DNA from: a virus
IMG/VR virus record: IMGVR_UViG_3300047462_000185
Span: 1-64,000 of that record
Length of the DNA: 64,000 nt
Strand: one strand, 5' to 3'
Below the pieces are notes generated by a model, which saw nothing but the letters and a program-made list of their open reading frames with translations, searched no databases and was not told the DNA's origin. The translations under genes and the position numbers were made by a program. Positions 63,290 through 64,000 of this stretch are shown here, piece by piece (position 1 is the first letter of the stretch; the number at the start of each line of letters is the position of its first letter).

Positions 63290-63783
63290 ATTCTCGTCGC
63301 CCCCATCCAGCACTTAGCAGCGATTGAACTGACGGAGGCGAATGCCGCACTCGTTCGGTGGGGGCATCGCATGGGCGCATGCAGCCGGCCCAACGCCGTC
63401 ATCTGGCCGCATGGCATGTTCCAGCATGGGGAGTTGGTGGCCGTGACGATTGGGTCGTCGCTGATCAGAGAGCGGGTGGTTGGAGGCATGACGCGGGAGA
63501 ACGCGATGGAGTTGGCGAGGCTCTGCGCGGCTCGGACCGATCTGTGCCGCGTGATGCTTCGGCTTTGGCGCGAAATGATCTTTCCGGCCTATGGCTACGA
63601 GTGGGCAATCAGCTATCAGGACGAGGCGCTGCACTCGGGCGATACCGCTTTGACGGCTGGGTTGCACTCGGAAGGTCGCGGTCCGGCACCGATAGCCGGA
63701 GCGGCCGGAAAGGGCGCAACAAGACGATCTGGGGATGGCACCCCGACCCTGCCGTGCGGGCCGCGCGGCGATCGACCACCTAA
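63290..63783 (+). pseudogene. Mom/XF1762-like (GNAT-type DNA modification) gene with frameshift near 63640
   Basis: I.LTEANAALVRWGH...ELARLCA...SYQD...HSG in one frame; YRFDGW...K..WGW in another. Confidence 0.55.
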
Positions 63784-63874
63784 CCCCGATCTGATCCTGG
63801 AGTTCCGCGCCGGTCAGGGGCGCCGCCGATAGCCGCGATTTGACAGCGCTGGCCGGCCCGTTCCAGCGTGGCGC

Positions 63875-64000
63875 ATGCCGTCGTTCCTCGACACGTTCTT
63901 CCCGACCAGGCCGGCCCAGGAGCGGCTCGAGCTGCTCGCCGCGCTCTATGAACCGCTGGGCCGGGAACTGGCCCTGGCCTACGAGAAGCTGGAGGACCAG
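63875..64000 (+). CDS. Hypothetical protein, 3' truncated by window edge
   Basis: Open to the end of the window with strong GC3 bias. Confidence 0.45.
   Translation, partial: MPSFLDTFFPTRPAQERLELLAALYEPLGRELALAYEKLEDQ

Noticed and set aside
1-64000. tRNA, rRNA, terminase, portal, integrase
   Set aside because: None recognised by eye; they may lie outside the window, and no scan was run.

Overview
The window is most of a GC-rich tailed (siphovirus-like) phage or prophage genome, probably from an alphaproteobacterial host (inference). 1-40.5 kb (+) is the virion and lysis arm: MuF head protein, XkdF-type prohead protease, a 1593-aa unknown protein, scaffold, major capsid, neck and tail genes, tape measure protein with an SLT domain, lambda-like M/L/K/I/J tail tip, a 2438-aa repetitive fibre, spanins and a GH108 endolysin. 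40.5-55.8 kb (-) is an early arm: small unknown genes, AAA ATPase, ParB-like protein, SSB, ERF and YqaJ. 56.2-60.6 kb (+) is replication: an initiator with palindromic iterons and a T7 gp4-like primase-helicase. Beyond about 60.58 kb the region is degraded: a truncated methyltransferase, an IS1595-family fragment with passenger genes and a frameshifted Mom-like gene. I found no terminase, portal, integrase or cI-like repressor in the window. Main candidate for a new system: the head-module proteins look like protease-processed polyproteins, with recurrent hydrophobic-x-K|[A/G/S] sites, a shared R-x-x-x-G-[RK]-F tag and swappable Gly-zipper cassettes, possibly capsid-packaged cargo. Also notable: about 12 copies of a CACAY-N4-VTGTG operator-like palindrome, six stem-loop plus RBS leader elements, a duplicated three-way-junction RNA with hammerhead-like topology, and an Acb2/Tad1-like gene inside the tail operon. 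All family assignments come from recognising motifs by eye; no searches were run.
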